Positions 43,215 through 57,620 of a DNA stretch of 64,000 bases are shown here, in pieces. The position numbers were made by a program, and so were the translations under genes. The first letter of the stretch is position 1. Every line of letters starts with the position of its first letter. The stretch comes from Octopus vulgaris (taxonomy: Eukaryota), in the NCBI GenBank assembly GCA_951406725.2, contig OX597828.1, forward strand, positions 16,182,001 through 16,246,000, written 5' to 3'. The notes beneath the pieces were generated by a model, which saw only the letters and a program-made list of their open reading frames with translations, did not search any database and was not told the DNA's origin.

Positions 43215-44038
43215 GTATATATCCACACACGCCCACGCCCTTGCAGACACATACACACATATATATATAATATAAGCATGCTAAACAAGTTAACAAATAT
43301 GGACACACAGATATATACACTCGTAGCTCATTCGCATACACATACAGGCTAAACTACTTATACAACATAAAACCCTACATCCACGTGCACACACATACAT
43401 AGACAAGTATTAAATTTTATATCTACGTACGCACAAGTTATACTATCTCTGTGATGTATGCCCACGCGAAAATACGCATGCATACCTCTTTCACTTACGC
43501 ATACATACACACAGGCGCTACTGTACTGCCATAACATCAACACTTATATGTGCATACATGCATGCATACATACATATTATGTATGTATACATATATATTT
43601 ATATATATACATATACACACAAACACACACATACATATATACGTATATGCATACAAATATACATGCATATAAACACGCAAAAATATATAGATGCATGCAA
43701 ACACACTTACGTACATACGTGCATACACACATCCATCCATCCACACATACATACATACATACATACATACATACATACATGCATAAATACACTCACTCAC
43801 ACGCACATATACGTGCATACATAAATACATAAATATACTCGTGCGTACACACGTACATGCACACAATCATCTATCCATCCATACACTCATGTATTCATAC
43901 ATACACACACACACATACATACATACATACATACATACATACATACATACATACATACATACATACAAACATAAATACTTACATTGCGTACATTCATACG
44001 CACACATACATGCATATATAAATACATATATACATACA

Positions 44039-44074
<36 letters not shown>

Positions 44075-44637
44075 TATGTTCATACAAAATACACGCACAC
44101 ATACAAAATACATACAGAATACATGCATACATACATACAAACATACATACATACATACATACAAACATACATACATACATACATACATACATACATACAT
44201 ACATACATACATACATACATACATACATACACACACGCACACACACATATCCCATTGCCGAGATCAAGTGCCAGCCGTTTAGTTTGTAGAGTCATGTGTG
44301 AAATAAAAACAGTGTTGATAAGTGTGAACAATACTACAGATAGGGAAACCGAAGATTAAAACAGCGAGGCAATAAAACCTATGACCGTTCTTGAACTTGA
44401 TTGGGTAAAATTGCAGCAAGATGGCTGGCTGTTGGTGTGATTCACACAAAAATAGAATCGTGTTCTCACCTTGGCGGAACACAAACTATTTGCGAAATAA
44501 AACGAATGCAAACACTTAGATACGTGCACACAATATCGCATACGCGCCGGCATGCGCTGATGTATGTATAAATCTATGTTATACGTGTGTACATGTGTGT
44601 GCGTATACATATATACGCATGTATATATATGTATATG

Positions 44638-44682
<45 letters not shown>

Positions 44683-44856
44683 GCATACAAATATGTGCAT
44701 GCACATTTGTATGTATATACATACACACATAACCGTATGTATATATACGCATGCATGTATGTACGTACGTATGTATGTACGCATGTATGTATATATATAA
44801 ATATATGTAAGTATATATATATAGGTATATATGAACATACATGCACGTATATATAT

Positions 44857-44899
<43 letters not shown>

Positions 44900-44924
44900 C
44901 ATGCACGTATGTACGTATGTATGT

Positions 44925-44991
<67 letters not shown>

Positions 44992-45359
44992 GGCGGTGCC
45001 CCAGCATGGCCACAGCTCATTAGCTGAAACTGGAAAAATCAAAATCAAAATCATATATATACATATAAATCTATCTGTTTATATATATATATGAATGTAT
45101 GTACATGTGTTTTTTGCGTGTATCTATATATGTATGCACTTTTATAGATATATATCACATATGTATCTTCTTGTGTGTCTACATATACATGCGCAATGAG
45201 ATACGTATTGTGAGCATGCGTGTGTGTATGTGTATGTGTGTGTGTGTGCCTGTCTGTGTGCTGGCATATTTGACAGTTTGCAAAGAAGGAAAATACAATA
45301 TCCCATTTAAAAACAAAATTACTTTAAAAATTAAAAAAAAAAAGCAATTCAGATTATGA

Positions 45360-46320
45360 CTAGGAGAACAGTTTCTTCGAAGAAACCGTCCTCAGCTTTC
45401 ATCACGGCCTCAATACGTCACCGGAACCAGAGGCATGCAATTTTCACTGTGTTCCAGACAAGATTGTCGAACACCTTCTTCTTAGCCACCAGCTCAGTCT
45501 TGGTGTTTGCGGACAGACCAGTTGGTGTCTTTCTCAACCGCATCCCAACACATTCTAGTCTGCAATGGTGGGAATTAGGAAGCCAGAAACTGCACTAGTG
45601 GTGTCGTAGAAATTCTCCAACAACTACTTCTGACATTTTGTGAGGGAGGTATAGCAAGTAGCCAAATCCTCCCCAGAGGACACTTTTAATTTTGGGTTGA
45701 AACGGCCCGACTTTACACCGTCCAGGCGTTTGGCCGAGGCGAGAAGTTTAGTCGGGCAGGAAAGGTTGCTAATGATTGAAGTAAGAGGCTTGGTGCCTCC
45801 TTTTTGTTGTTTTGCTGAATTTGTATTGACTTGTGTAAGAGTTTTGTTGCCTCACAGTGAATTTTGTGTTGTAAATGTGAGAGGTTTATTGCCTCATTAA
45901 TGTTTTGCTTTGAACTCTGTAAGAGGTTTGTTGCCTCAAATATGGTACTTATAAAGAACAATGTGCTCGGGTAAACAGCAATCGGCGGGCGTTGCTTCTT
46001 GCCCTCATTATTATCATATTGCTTATCATTTCATTTCATTATGTCTTCGTCCGGCCCGCAGTTTCCTTTCTTTGTAAGGCCTTTGCGGCCAATCTAATGA
46101 ATAAATGAATAAAAGTAGCCAAATCCTGCAACCACATCTGTGTCCGTCACGCAGCAACCCTCTCCAACCACAGTTTGACCACAGTCGTCAGCAACTTCCC
46201 ATAAACGTCCGAATTGTGCTTAAGGCACTGTCCAAAAATGTTGGGCGGCATGACGACACCATCATCAGAAAGACACACTCAAAAGACCGTCACAGGACTT
46301 GGTTTTCATGATGTCCTTCC
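45360..46320 (-). pseudogene. Tc1/mariner-superfamily (maT/DD37D-like) transposase remnant
   Basis: Minus strand reads IMKTK..., VMPPNIF..NSDVYGKLLTTVVKLWLERVAA..MWLQDLA and LENFYD..FWLPNS..., ending IEAVMKAEDGFFE. Many lesions; subfamily assignment is inferred. Confidence 0.75.
45671..46112 (+). mobile_element. 5'-truncated non-LTR retroelement 3' UTR with 15-bp TSD
   Basis: TSD aagtagccaaatcct at 45656-45670 and 46113-46127; T-rich UTR ending in a TGAATAAA-type tail. Confidence 0.8.
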
Positions 46321-46627
46321 CACGTCTTACAGCCTTTCCAGTGTTCACAAGACATTGAACAGCAGTTATGGTGTCGGCATTTTGATAGCCGGCGCGAATC
46401 ATTATGATACAGGTCACTCTTTGCCAATATGTGAACGGTTCCAGTCTTTCGTGTCAGTGTGCTTTTTCTCAACTATAGCTTTAATCTTTATGCTCTCCAA
46501 CGCCGATGACTCCTTGGACTCCTGGGTCTCCTAGGAAAAAAGAAGACATAGACAATCATCAAATTTACCCCGAACATGGTGTATATATACATGTACGTAT
46601 ATCTATGTGTGTGTGCGTGTACGTGAG

Positions 46628-46678
<51 letters not shown>

Positions 46679-46720
46679 TTATGTATATACATACAGACAT
46701 ACATTACATACAGACATACA

Positions 46721-46751
<31 letters not shown>

Positions 46752-46777
46752 CATACATACATACATACAGGCATACA

Positions 46778-46829
<52 letters not shown>

Positions 46830-47017
46830 TGAAGACACGAGTGGGCTCGAATTATTCAATTTTGTTTAATTGATTTTCATATTTCCGTGTAACTCCTTTA
46901 CGCTTTGGAACAATAACGTCCATTATAATTTCCGGTCTATTGGGCCTAAGCTTATTTTCATTTATAACCCACCTTCTTCTGATCTTCTTAACGAATTGGC
47001 AACAATCACGCTATAAT

Positions 47018-47430
47018 TATTTCTCTATTGCCCCCAGGGGACGAAATATAGAGGAGACAAGCAAGGACAGACGAAGGGATTAAGTCGATTACATCGACCC
47101 TAGTGCGTAACTGGTACTTATTTAACCGACCCTGAAAGGATGAAAGGCAAAGTCGACCTCGAGGGAATTTGAACTCAGAACCTAACGGCAGACGAAATAC
47201 CTATTTCTTTGTTACCCACAAGGGGCTACACACAGAGGGGACAAACAAGGACAGATAAACGGATTAAGTCGATTATATCGACCCCAGTGCGTAACTGGTA
47301 CTTATTTAATCGACTCCGAAAGGATGACAGGCAAAGTCGACCTCGGCGGAATTCGAACTCAGAACGTAGCGGCAGACGAAATACTGCTAAGCATTTCATC
47401 CGGCATGCTAACGATTCTGCCAGCTCGCCG
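47018..47430 (-). mobile_element. Family B SINE dimer
   Basis: Junction gaaatac|ctatttc at 47200; one head at about 47385-47430. Confidence 0.88.
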
Positions 47431-47653
47431 ACCTGTCACGTTATATTGTTACCATTTTCTTCAGAAAATGATGCCGGAGATGTCTAGACACGTTATTCAA
47501 CTTAGTAATCTTATAGATCTGGACTAAATTTAAAAGACTAATAAGGAAATATATATTTAAAAAAATGTCTTGCTAGCCTGGCCGATGGTTTAAATGTTAA
47601 ATGTAGAATATTTGATGGAGACCAAGTCGTAATGATGTAAAGAAAAAGAAACG

Positions 47654-47688
<35 letters not shown>

Positions 47689-48003
47689 CTATTTTTTACC
47701 CCTCTGCGAAAAGGTCTCAGAATTTTAATTGATTTGCTTTTCGCAGGAAGGAAAGTTTTCTTGTCGAAGATACGTCTCGCTTTTATCCTTCGAAACGTAG
47801 AGTAGATGAAAGCTTTAGCGACTGAAGAAGGGGTTTTTTCTTTGTGTTAATTGTCCTGTATTCTATTTTTTTGCTGTTTTTAAATAAATGTCCAGTTCCT
47901 TTGGTTTGTGTCTATGTTTTCGTTTCTCATTGTGTTCGACGTCCTTTTTGGTGTCCTGTACTCATATATGCGTATATATGTACATGTAGAGTTATTAATA
48001 TAT

Positions 48004-48190
<187 letters not shown>

Positions 48191-48483
48191 TTTGATTCCA
48201 GTTTTACTGGTTCCGTTGTAGTTCCAACTGGTTCCGTTGTAAAATTGGAACAACTGCAAAATATAGCATGTTTGAAATGCGTCTTTCATTTCTTGTAACA
48301 AACAACGTCAATGGAACATAAAATTATACGAGTTTTTCATAGCATTTTTAACATATTCTAGTAGTTGTTACTGTTCTACGGAAAGGGATTTCTGATTAGA
48401 GATCTTCCAGCAGAGAATCAAATAATTTCAAGGGAATAGGCTGGCTGCCGAGATAATCGGTTTTGGGTGAGCATCGGGAGTCA

Positions 48484-48493
48484 GCTGCTGCTG

Positions 48494-48559
<66 letters not shown>

Positions 48560-48711
48560 TACTACTACTATACTACTACTACTGCTGCTGCTACTGATAC
48601 TGCTACTATTACAACTGCTGCTGCTACTGATACTACTATTACAACTGCTGCTGCTGCTACTACTACTACTACTACTACTACTGCTGATGCTGCTACTACA
48701 ACTACTACTAT

Positions 48712-48757
<46 letters not shown>

Positions 48758-48779
48758 GGTGCTGTTGCTGCTGCTGCTA

Positions 48780-48824
<45 letters not shown>

Positions 48825-48966
48825 ATACGACTACTATTACAACTGCTGCTGCTGCTGCTACTACTACTACCACTACTGCAATTGTTGCTGCTGCTGCCAC
48901 TACTACTGCTACTACTGCTGCTACTACTACTGCTGCTGCTACTTCTGCTGCTGCTGCTACTGATGT

Positions 48967-49014
<48 letters not shown>

Positions 49015-49017
49015 AAC
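48484..49017. repeat. Compound (ACT/GCT)n trinucleotide array
   Basis: Directly visible; followed by a degenerate CACTA-like tract to ~49260. Confidence 0.9.
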
Positions 49018-49264
49018 GATAGCATTATAGCAACAACTCAATTCCACTACATCTACTTTTCGCAACACTACAACTGCACTACATCAGCACTAGAACTACA
49101 CTACGACTACACCACAGTGCAGTACAACTGCCACTACACTTTACTTACAGTACACTATGCGATAGCTATACTAAAACCACACTAAAATATACTACAACTA
49201 CGACACAACTTCACTCCATTGACACTAAACCACACCGTGACAACACTCCAACTACTAGTACATC

Positions 49265-49975
49265 TAGGCGCAAGAGTGGATGTGTGGTAAGAAGCTTGCT
49301 TCCCATCCACATGGTGCCGGGTTCAGTCCTACTGCGTGGCACCTTGGGCAAGCGTCTCCTACTATAGCCTCGGGCTGACCAAAGCCTTGTGAGTGGATTT
49401 GGTAGACGGAAACTGAAAGAAGCTGAAGGTGTCGAGCTGGTAGAATCGTTAACATGCCGGACGAAGTGCTTAGCGGTATTTCGTCTGCCGTTAGGTTCTG
49501 AGTTCAAATTCCGCCGAGGTCGTCTTTGCCTTTCATCCTTTCGGGGTCGTTTAAATAAGTACAAGTTACGCACTGGGGTCGATATAATCGACTTAATTCG
49601 TTTGTCTGTCTTTGTTTGTCCTCTCTGTGTGTAGCCCCTTGTAGGCAGTAAAGAAATAAGAAAATGAAAGAAGCTCGTCGGATATACATACATTTATACA
49701 TACATACATGTGTATGTATGTATGTATGTCTATATGTCTGTATGTATGTATGTATGTATGTATGTATGTATGTATGTATGTATGTATGTATTTGTGTGTC
49801 TGTGTTTGCCCCCACCATCGCTTGACAACCGATGCTTGTGTGTTTATGTCCCCATAACTTAGCGATTGAATACGTACTAGGCTTACAAAGAATAAGTCTT
49901 GGAGTCGATTTATTCGACTAAAGGCGGTACTCCAGCATGGCGGCAGTCAAATGACTGAAACAATTAAAAGAATAC
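49265..49975 (+). mobile_element. Family A SINE containing a nested family B monomer (49425-49660)
   Basis: TSD tgaaagaagct at 49414-49424 and 49665-49675 around the family B copy. Confidence 0.85.
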
Positions 49976-50057
49976 GAAAATAAAAGAATCTAAAAACACA
50001 CTACATTCGCGTGTACCTTACATCTACAGAAACACTACACTACAACTATTCTACAAC

Positions 50058-50276
50058 TGTAAGATACAAATAAGATGATAATTTATTTTCGAACGCAGAG
50101 AAGCCGTTAGAACAGCAGAAATATTGGGTAAACTCCCTTTAGAAAGCGGAAAAATTTCTCAACGAACAGTCATGGCCAGTTTTTCCGCCTTGTAAGGATA
50201 ATTTACCCAATATTTCTGTTATTCTAACGGCGTATCTACGTTTTAAAACAAATTATCATCTTATTTGTATCTTACA
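50058..50276. mobile_element. Palindromic MITE-like element (~95-bp imperfect arms)
   Basis: tgtaagatacaaataagatgataattt...gcggaaaaa is reverse-complementary to tttttccgc...aaattatcatcttatttgtatcttaca. Confidence 0.7.
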
Positions 50277-50324
50277 ATACACACTTCAACGCTTATGAAA
50301 AAAAAAATGTAGTTATACATGTAG

Positions 50325-50750
50325 TAGCGCAGGAGTGGCTGTGTGGTAAGTAGCTTGTTTACCAACCGCATGGTTCCGGGTTCAGTCCCACTGCGTGGCA
50401 CCTTGGGCAAGTGTCTTCTACTATAGCCTCGGGCCGACCAAAGCCTTGTGAGTGGATTTGGTAGACGGAAACTGAAAGAAGCCTGTCGTATATATGTATA
50501 TATATGTATATGTATGTGTGTGTGTGTTTGTGTGTCTGTGTTTGTCCCCTTAGCATTGCTTGACAACCGATGCTGGTGTGTTTACGTCCCCGTTGCTTAG
50601 CGGTTCGGCAAAAGAGACCGATAGAATAAGTACTGGGCTTACAAAAGAATAAGTCCCGGGGTCGATTTGCTTGACTAAAGGCGGTGCTCCAGCATGGCCG
50701 CAGTCAAATGACTGAAACAAGTAAAAGAGTAAAAGAGTAAAAGAGAGTAA
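50325..50750 (+). mobile_element. Family A tRNA-derived SINE (well preserved)
   Basis: A box TGGCTGTGTGG, B-box-like GGTTCAGTCCC, CCTTGGGCAAGT core-like motif, central microsatellite, (GTAAAAGA)n tail. Confidence 0.9.
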
Positions 50751-50757
50751 AGACATA

Positions 50758-50957
50758 CAGGGATTAAATAGACACCTTTAATTTTCAAAATTTCTGATCT
50801 AAGCGTTTTTTAATATGTTTTCAGCGGCGTAGAATTTACAATGTAACTATTCTTTTTTATTCCAGGTGCCATTATATTAAACATTTGCGAAGAGTAACCA
50901 TGCCACGCACAAAAATTTTAGCAGAACTGAATACTACTATTACAACTGCTGCTGATG

Positions 50958-51007
<50 letters not shown>

Positions 51008-51154
51008 GTTGCTGTTGCTGCTGCTGCTGCTACTACTACTACTACTGCTGCTGTTGCTGCTACTTCTACTTCTTATGCTGCTGCTGCTGCTACTACTACT
51101 ACCACTACTACTACTACTACTACTACTATTGCAACTGTTGCTGCTGCTGCTACA

Positions 51155-51198
<44 letters not shown>

Positions 51199-51650
51199 AA
51201 AGAGGTCGTATTGTTGGGCAATCTTAGGCTGGTCTCAGCCAACCTCAGATTGCCGAAAATCTGCAACAAAATGCCGAAAAAAATTGCTGAAAATCTTCAA
51301 ATCCCTCTTGCTACTGTTAACGAAATTATTGTGAAATTCAAAAGCCAAGGAAAAGAATCAACACATTCTCGTCCCTGCCGACCTGGGCCCACGGAAAGGA
51401 AGCTTCGCTGTTTGAAGAGAATTGTGGGAAACAAAGCCCGTTCGAAGGCTTCTGACATTGCAAAACAGCTAGAACGTGTTAGTCCAAGAACGTGTTACAT
51501 ATCTGCATAAGCTTGGGTATTATGGACGAGCAGCTAGAAGAAAACCTCTCCTACAACCAATTAATATCATAAAGAGAAATAAATGGGCTAAGGAGATGTC
51601 AGAAAAATCCAGTTCATTTTGGGATAGAGTGATTTTCTCAGATGAATCGC
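50758..51650 (+). pseudogene. Tc1-like transposon 5' half; transposase pseudogene from ATG 50900, interrupted by a trinucleotide insert at about 50931-51199
   Basis: [46 protein letters not shown]...YLHKLGYYGRAARRKPLL...KWAKEM...FWDRVIFSDES (HTH, RRKP and first catalytic D). Putative left end TA|CAGGG at 50756-50762. Confidence 0.9.
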
Positions 51651-51782
51651 CATGGAAACAGGGAAACCCGGTCCTTATGAGTCGGTATGAATTGAGAAGA
51701 TAACGTTAACTTTAAGTATTATTATCATCATCATCATCATCATCTGCAGCAGTAGCACTATCGATGCCTTTTTTATCGCGGG

Positions 51783-52020
51783 TCCTAGGTCTCATGGTTC
51801 AGTTCTCCTGTTTCCTTGGCGTATAAGTAACCGAGATTAAAACATTCACCCTGAATGGGACGTCGGTACGTGACGGTCAGCCATTTACAGCTGAGTGGAC
51901 TGGAGCAACGAAAATGAAGTGTTTTGCTCAAGAGCGCAAAGAAACACCCGTTCTGAAGATTGAAACTAGGATCTTGCGATTGTAAGGATAAAACTCTAAC
52001 CACTAGGCCATGCCCTTCAC
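51783..52020 (-). mobile_element. tRNA-derived SINE (C/D-related, diverged)
   Basis: Minus-strand head GTGAAGGGCATGGCCTAGTGGTTAGAG; core CTTGAGCAAAACACTTCATTT..GCTCCAGTCCACTCAGCTG. Confidence 0.75.
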
Positions 52021-52029
52021 TCTACTTCT

Positions 52030-52800
52030 ACTACTACCCTCTAACTACCATACCCTATTTTTTTTACCCTATTCTCTCACCACTTCTGCCCATCCCTCAC
52101 CCTCTCAACTCATCCCCTCTGCACACTACCCACGCCCACCCATCTTCTCTCCACGTCCACCCGTCCCTATTATCTCACAATCGCTGCGCAAGTTTATCAT
52201 CATTTCTACCCCGGGTACTTCAATCACTACCTTAGAAAACCCTACAACTTTCTTACCACTTCTTCACACCCTAACCCTAACCCTAACCTTCATGCACGCC
52301 CTACGTTTCTATCAGTACCCAAATCCGCCCACCTTATCTTTCTCTCTATCTCTTTATTTTTCTCTCACCAGAACTGCAAACACCTATCAGCAACTCTACC
52401 CGGGGTATTTCAATCTCCACCTTCAACAAACCTGCTGTTTTCCTACTGTTTTTTCACACCTAACACTAACACTCCGTGCAAACCCTGTTTTTGCATCAGT
52501 ACCCACGTCCACCCACCTTACTTTTCTCTCTCTACCCGTTACTTTTCTCTCCCAACCGCAGTGAAAATCCATCACCAACTCTACCCCGGGTACTTGAATC
52601 ACTACTTCCAACACCCCTGCTATTTTCTTATCGTTTCCTCACACCCTACAAATCACCACCTGTGCACATCGTGCAATTTTCTCACCACCCTGCTCATCCT
52701 AAACCTCTCATCACATGTACCCACATCTCTCATCATCTCTGCACCCACTACTTCTCACACTACCTGTACCCAGCCTATACCCACCCCAGCTTCTGACACC
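52030..52800. repeat. Degenerate C-rich tandem repeat, period ~185-190 bp, with a short (CCCTAA)3
   Basis: tctacccYgggtaYttcaatc at about 52206, 52395 and 52580; cagtaccc..ccacctta at about 52313 and 52497; ccctaa x3 at ~52270. Confidence 0.65.
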
Positions 52801-53307
52801 ACTCCATCTACCGTTTCTCTATTACCAATTCTATTCAACCTACTTTCCACTCAAAGAAATCAATTATTTTAAATGATTAATGCTCACATAAGCAAAAATA
52901 TAACTTTTATTAGAATTAAAAGTTGAATTGTACGCATTTTCAAATACATTTCAAAAGAATGTTGCGTAGCTATGTGTGCGTATGTGTGTGCATGTGTGTG
53001 TATGCATGTATGTATATGTGTAGTGAGCATGTGTTTTATATATATATATATATATACATACGTACATATATATATCATTTATATTATATAGATTATATGC
53101 ATATATATCATATCTCTATATATAATATATATTTTATATATATATTGTCATATACATATGATTTCACATACAAATATACTCATGGAAATATATATATATA
53201 TATATATAGTCAGTTCATTTATATATGAGTACGTGTGATGTGTGTCTGTGTATATATATGTATGTTTGTGAATATATGTACATGTGTGTGTATATATGCA
53301 CATATAC

Positions 53308-53360
<53 letters not shown>

Positions 53361-53513
53361 TATGTGTGTGTATGTGTGTGTGTGTGTATGTGTGTGCGTG
53401 TATGTATGTATGTTTACGTAAATATGTATATATAGGCAGAAGCTTTTCTACCAAACTATGAAACATTGATTTTCGACAGGAACAAATTAACACTTTATAA
53501 TTTCTCCCTCTCC

Positions 53514-53548
<35 letters not shown>

Positions 53549-54190
53549 AATCTACCTGTCTCTCTCCCTCTCCATCTTTCTCCCTCTTTCTCTCTGACTC
53601 TCATCTCACTGTCTCTCTTCCTCACTTTTTTTTTTTTTAAATAAAGGGGTTTTGGCGGGGTGGGAAATGCGGGTGGAGGAATGGCGGTTAAAATTAATGA
53701 TTCATTCTGGAATTCTGTAAATTTTCTATCTCCGAACGGCTTCGTCTTCCCTTTTATAAAACTAAAAGAAGTTGCGGAAAAATCGGAAAAACACAATTCT
53801 ACTGTTGATTTTAATCAATTTATATATCCTACCTTCTACTTGCTTAACGCTTCCCAATCTCATCAAGTTGATGAAGAAGAGAAGGAAGAAAAGGAAGAAG
53901 ATGAAGAAGAAGGGAAGAAGGAGGAAGAAGATGAAGAGACATGTGTGTGTGTGCGTGAGAGAGAGAGAGAGGGTGGGGGGAGAGGCGAAGAGGCAAAGGA
54001 AATTATTGAATTTATCAATTAGAACGTGATAAAGCTCCGGGTCATCAGAGTATTGCACGGAACATATGAAGAAATGATATCACTAATCCCTTATCATTAA
54101 TTATCTGTAAATGATTTTCATAAGATATTCATCGAGATAAACTGAAAATTACTTAAAATAATTCCAATTAAAAAAAAAATGTATATATAC

Positions 54191-54240
<50 letters not shown>

Positions 54241-54435
54241 TTAAAAAATCCCCTTCAAGCATGATTTGCGCATCTTAAGATCCATCTCTTCCTCCTCCTT
54301 CTCTATATCGTTATCCATTCCTGCACCCTTTCCTCCTTATCCTTTCCCTCCTCGTTTGCGTTCTTCTGACCCTCTTCTTTGTATGCCTTTTTCTCCTCCC
54401 TCTTTCTTTTTCTTCTTCTTCTTCTTCTTCTTCTT

Positions 54436-54581
<146 letters not shown>

Positions 54582-54607
54582 CTTCATCATCATTTATCTC
54601 CTTCTTC

Positions 54608-54648
<41 letters not shown>

Positions 54649-54963
54649 CGCGCCGTATCTAACTCTTCATCCCGTCCTTGATCGTTCCCTTATTTTCCTT
54701 TCCCTCCCACCCTCTTCATTTACCCCCCCTCTTCTTGTCTTGTCAAAATTGAAATTAGTTAATTAAAAAAGATCATATTAACATTTATTATAACTTTCTT
54801 GAGAAATTCTTGCGAATTATGGTATTTTGCTGAGCATCTTCTATTCCAAGTTCTAATATTTCAAATATCTGAGAAACACACACACACACACACATACACA
54901 CACACAAACACACATACACGGATATATATATGTATATATATGCATATACATATATGCGTATAC

Positions 54964-55017
<54 letters not shown>

Positions 55018-55023
55018 CTGTAT

Positions 55024-55086
<63 letters not shown>

Positions 55087-56164
55087 TAAATAGATATATA
55101 GATAGATGATAGATAGATAGATTGATAGATAGATAGATAGATAGATAGATAGAAAGATAGATAGATAGACAGATAGATAGATAGATAGATAGATTCAGTT
55201 ATATGCGGAGAGATAGAGAGTGTTATAGAAAGATATAGTCAAATAGAAAGAGGGAAAGAAAGAGTAAAGAGTGCCTGTGTATGATTGTGCTTGCGTGTGG
55301 GTACGAATGTGCACGTGTGTGTGAAAGATAGTTAGCGAGAGGGGGAGGGAGAGAGAAGGGGAATGCGAGAGAGTTGGAGAGTACGACCGAGCGAATGAGA
55401 GAGAGAGAGGGGGTGAGAGAAAGAGTGAAAGAGAGAGGGGAGTGATGAAATAATTCCTCCGGTAATTCAGACGAAATTTCATGATAATTTCTTGAAATCT
55501 TCAAAAAATCTCCAGTACAAGCCAACCGTGGAATTATTAAGTTCGACACGAAATGCAACATTATCTGTAATAAACGTATTAGATAAAATTTAATCAAGTA
55601 GATAAACTCTGCGAAAGTGAAAGTGATAATGATAGTACTCGCTAACCGTTGCGAATAATAATTTAGTTTGCAGAGAGCAATTCCGAGTATCATACAAATA
55701 CGAAAGAAGGTTCATGAAGAAAGGAGAAGGATCATTTCAAGGGACCTCCGGTAATTTTAGCACCTAACTTTGTAATCTATATCAGTTTAGTGTGAAGGCG
55801 CGTGACTTAGTGGTTAGGGGCGTGGTATTCGGTTCACGATAGTAACGTCTTGAGTTCGATTCCCAGCTGCGCAATGAGTCCTTGAAATAAAGGCCTCTTT
55901 ATTTCTCGTTTCTGCAGTCTACTCAGCCCCCCACCTCGTAATGTTTGAGTCATTCGACTGTGACCATACTGGGGCACACCCTTGGAGGGTTTATTCAAAT
56001 AAATCGAGCCCAGTACTTATTTTTTAAAAGTTGGGTTTTTCGTCTGTCGCCGAACTGCTAAGTTACGAGGACAAAAACCAACCAATATTGTCACGTGATG
56101 GTGGGAGGACAAACACTAATACAAAGACACAAACAGAAGAATTTTTCACGATGCTTTAACGATT

Positions 56165-56395
56165 CTTATTTCTTTATTGCCCACAAGGGGCTAAACATAA
56201 AGGGGACAAACAAGAACAGACAAACTGACTAAGTCGATTATATCGACCCCAGTGCGTAACTGGTAATTATTTAATCGACCCCGAAAGGATAAAAGGCAAA
56301 GTCGACCTCGGCAGAATTCGAACTCAGAACGTAGCGGACGAAATACCTCTAAGCATTTCGCCCGGCGTGCTAACGTTTCTGCCAGCTCACTACCG
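56165..56395 (-). mobile_element. Family B SINE monomer
   Basis: Single head, body and tail; no internal junction. Confidence 0.85.
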
Positions 56396-56439
56396 TTAAC
56401 CTCTTAGACATTTAATACAACATCATAACTAACTGACAC

Positions 56440-56688
56440 TCGTGAAAGTAACGTGAAAGTGGCTGAGCCCTCCACAAACACGTTCACAGGGAGATTCAGC
56501 GTGACATAGAATGTGATTAGGCTGGCCTTTTGAAATACAAGTACAACTCATTTTTGCCAGGTGAATGGATTGGAGCAACGTGAAATAAAGTGATCTTTCA
56601 AAGGACACAACATGTCGCCGGGAATCGAAATCTCGACCTTTACGACCATGAGCCGAAAACCGTAACCACTAAGCCACTCACCTTCACT
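56440..56688 (-). mobile_element. Family C SINE
   Basis: Homology to 6856-7179. Confidence 0.75.
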
Positions 56689-57101
56689 GTACACCATAAT
56701 GTTAAGGCTAACTCATAATATATATACTACTTTCACGATGTACGTTCGAGTGTTACACTGTCAAATGTTGTAGATATAGAACGAAATCGGGGACATAACC
56801 GAAATTTTCAATATCATAAACATACACACACATACTTTATACTTGTTTCAGTCATTTGACTGCGGCCATGCAGGAGCACCGCCTTGAGAGGTGTTTCTCA
56901 AACAAATCGACCCTAGGACTTATTTTTATAGCCTACTACTTCACAGGGCCCGAAATTTTGTGCGAGGGAGCCAGTCCATTAGATCGACTCCAGTACGCAA
57001 CTAGTACTTAATTTATTGACCCCGAAAGGATGAAAAGCAAAGTCGACCTTGGCGGAATTTGAACTCGGAACGTAAGGATAGACGAAATACCGCTAAGCAT
57101 T

Positions 57102-57620
57102 ATCATATGGGAAACGTTTCGCACTGAAGACGGAAGGAAATGTCTACTGGAGTTGTGTGAGAGCTGCAATGCTGTATTGGAGTGAGACTTGGTGTTTCAG
57201 GGAGAGAGAGAGATATGGCAATTTTGTGAAGGACTGAGATAGAAATGGTGAGAGAAATGTTTGGGGGTGAAGCTGTTTGATAAGAGAAGGACTGAGGACT
57301 TGATGGGGATGCTGGGGTTGGATGAATCAGTGGAACGGCTGGCAAGAGTGAATGGAGTGTGATGGTATGGGTATGCGTTGAGGAGGGATGAGAAGCATGT
57401 TCTGAAGGGGGTGAATAAACAGCGAAACCGAGGTAGACCGAAGAAAAAGTGGAGGGGAAACGTGGAGGAGGAGATTGGGAGGGTTGGCTTGAGAATGGAG
57501 GACTCCACAAACCGGGCAAGATAGCAAGATGGTGTGAGGGCAGTTGCTATAGCATTAAGGTAGGTCCGACCACCTCCGATAACGGGGACAAAACCCGGAT
57601 TTAAAATGATGGATGATGGA
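57102..57620 (+). mobile_element. RTE-clade LINE 3' fragment inserted in a family B SINE (host 56945-57101 and 57621-57660)
   Basis: Translates GKRFALKTEGNVYWSCVRAAMLYWSETWC (VRxxxLYGSETW motif), *WYGYALRR and AKPR*TEEK/GRPKKKW; (GATG)n tail. The host SINE resumes taagcatt|tttcacccggcg. Confidence 0.8.

Noticed and set aside
48467-49030. Thr/Ala-rich mucin- or antifreeze-like ORF
   Set aside because: Pure ACT/GCT microsatellite; non-ATG start; the apparent signal peptide is itself a (CTA)n run.
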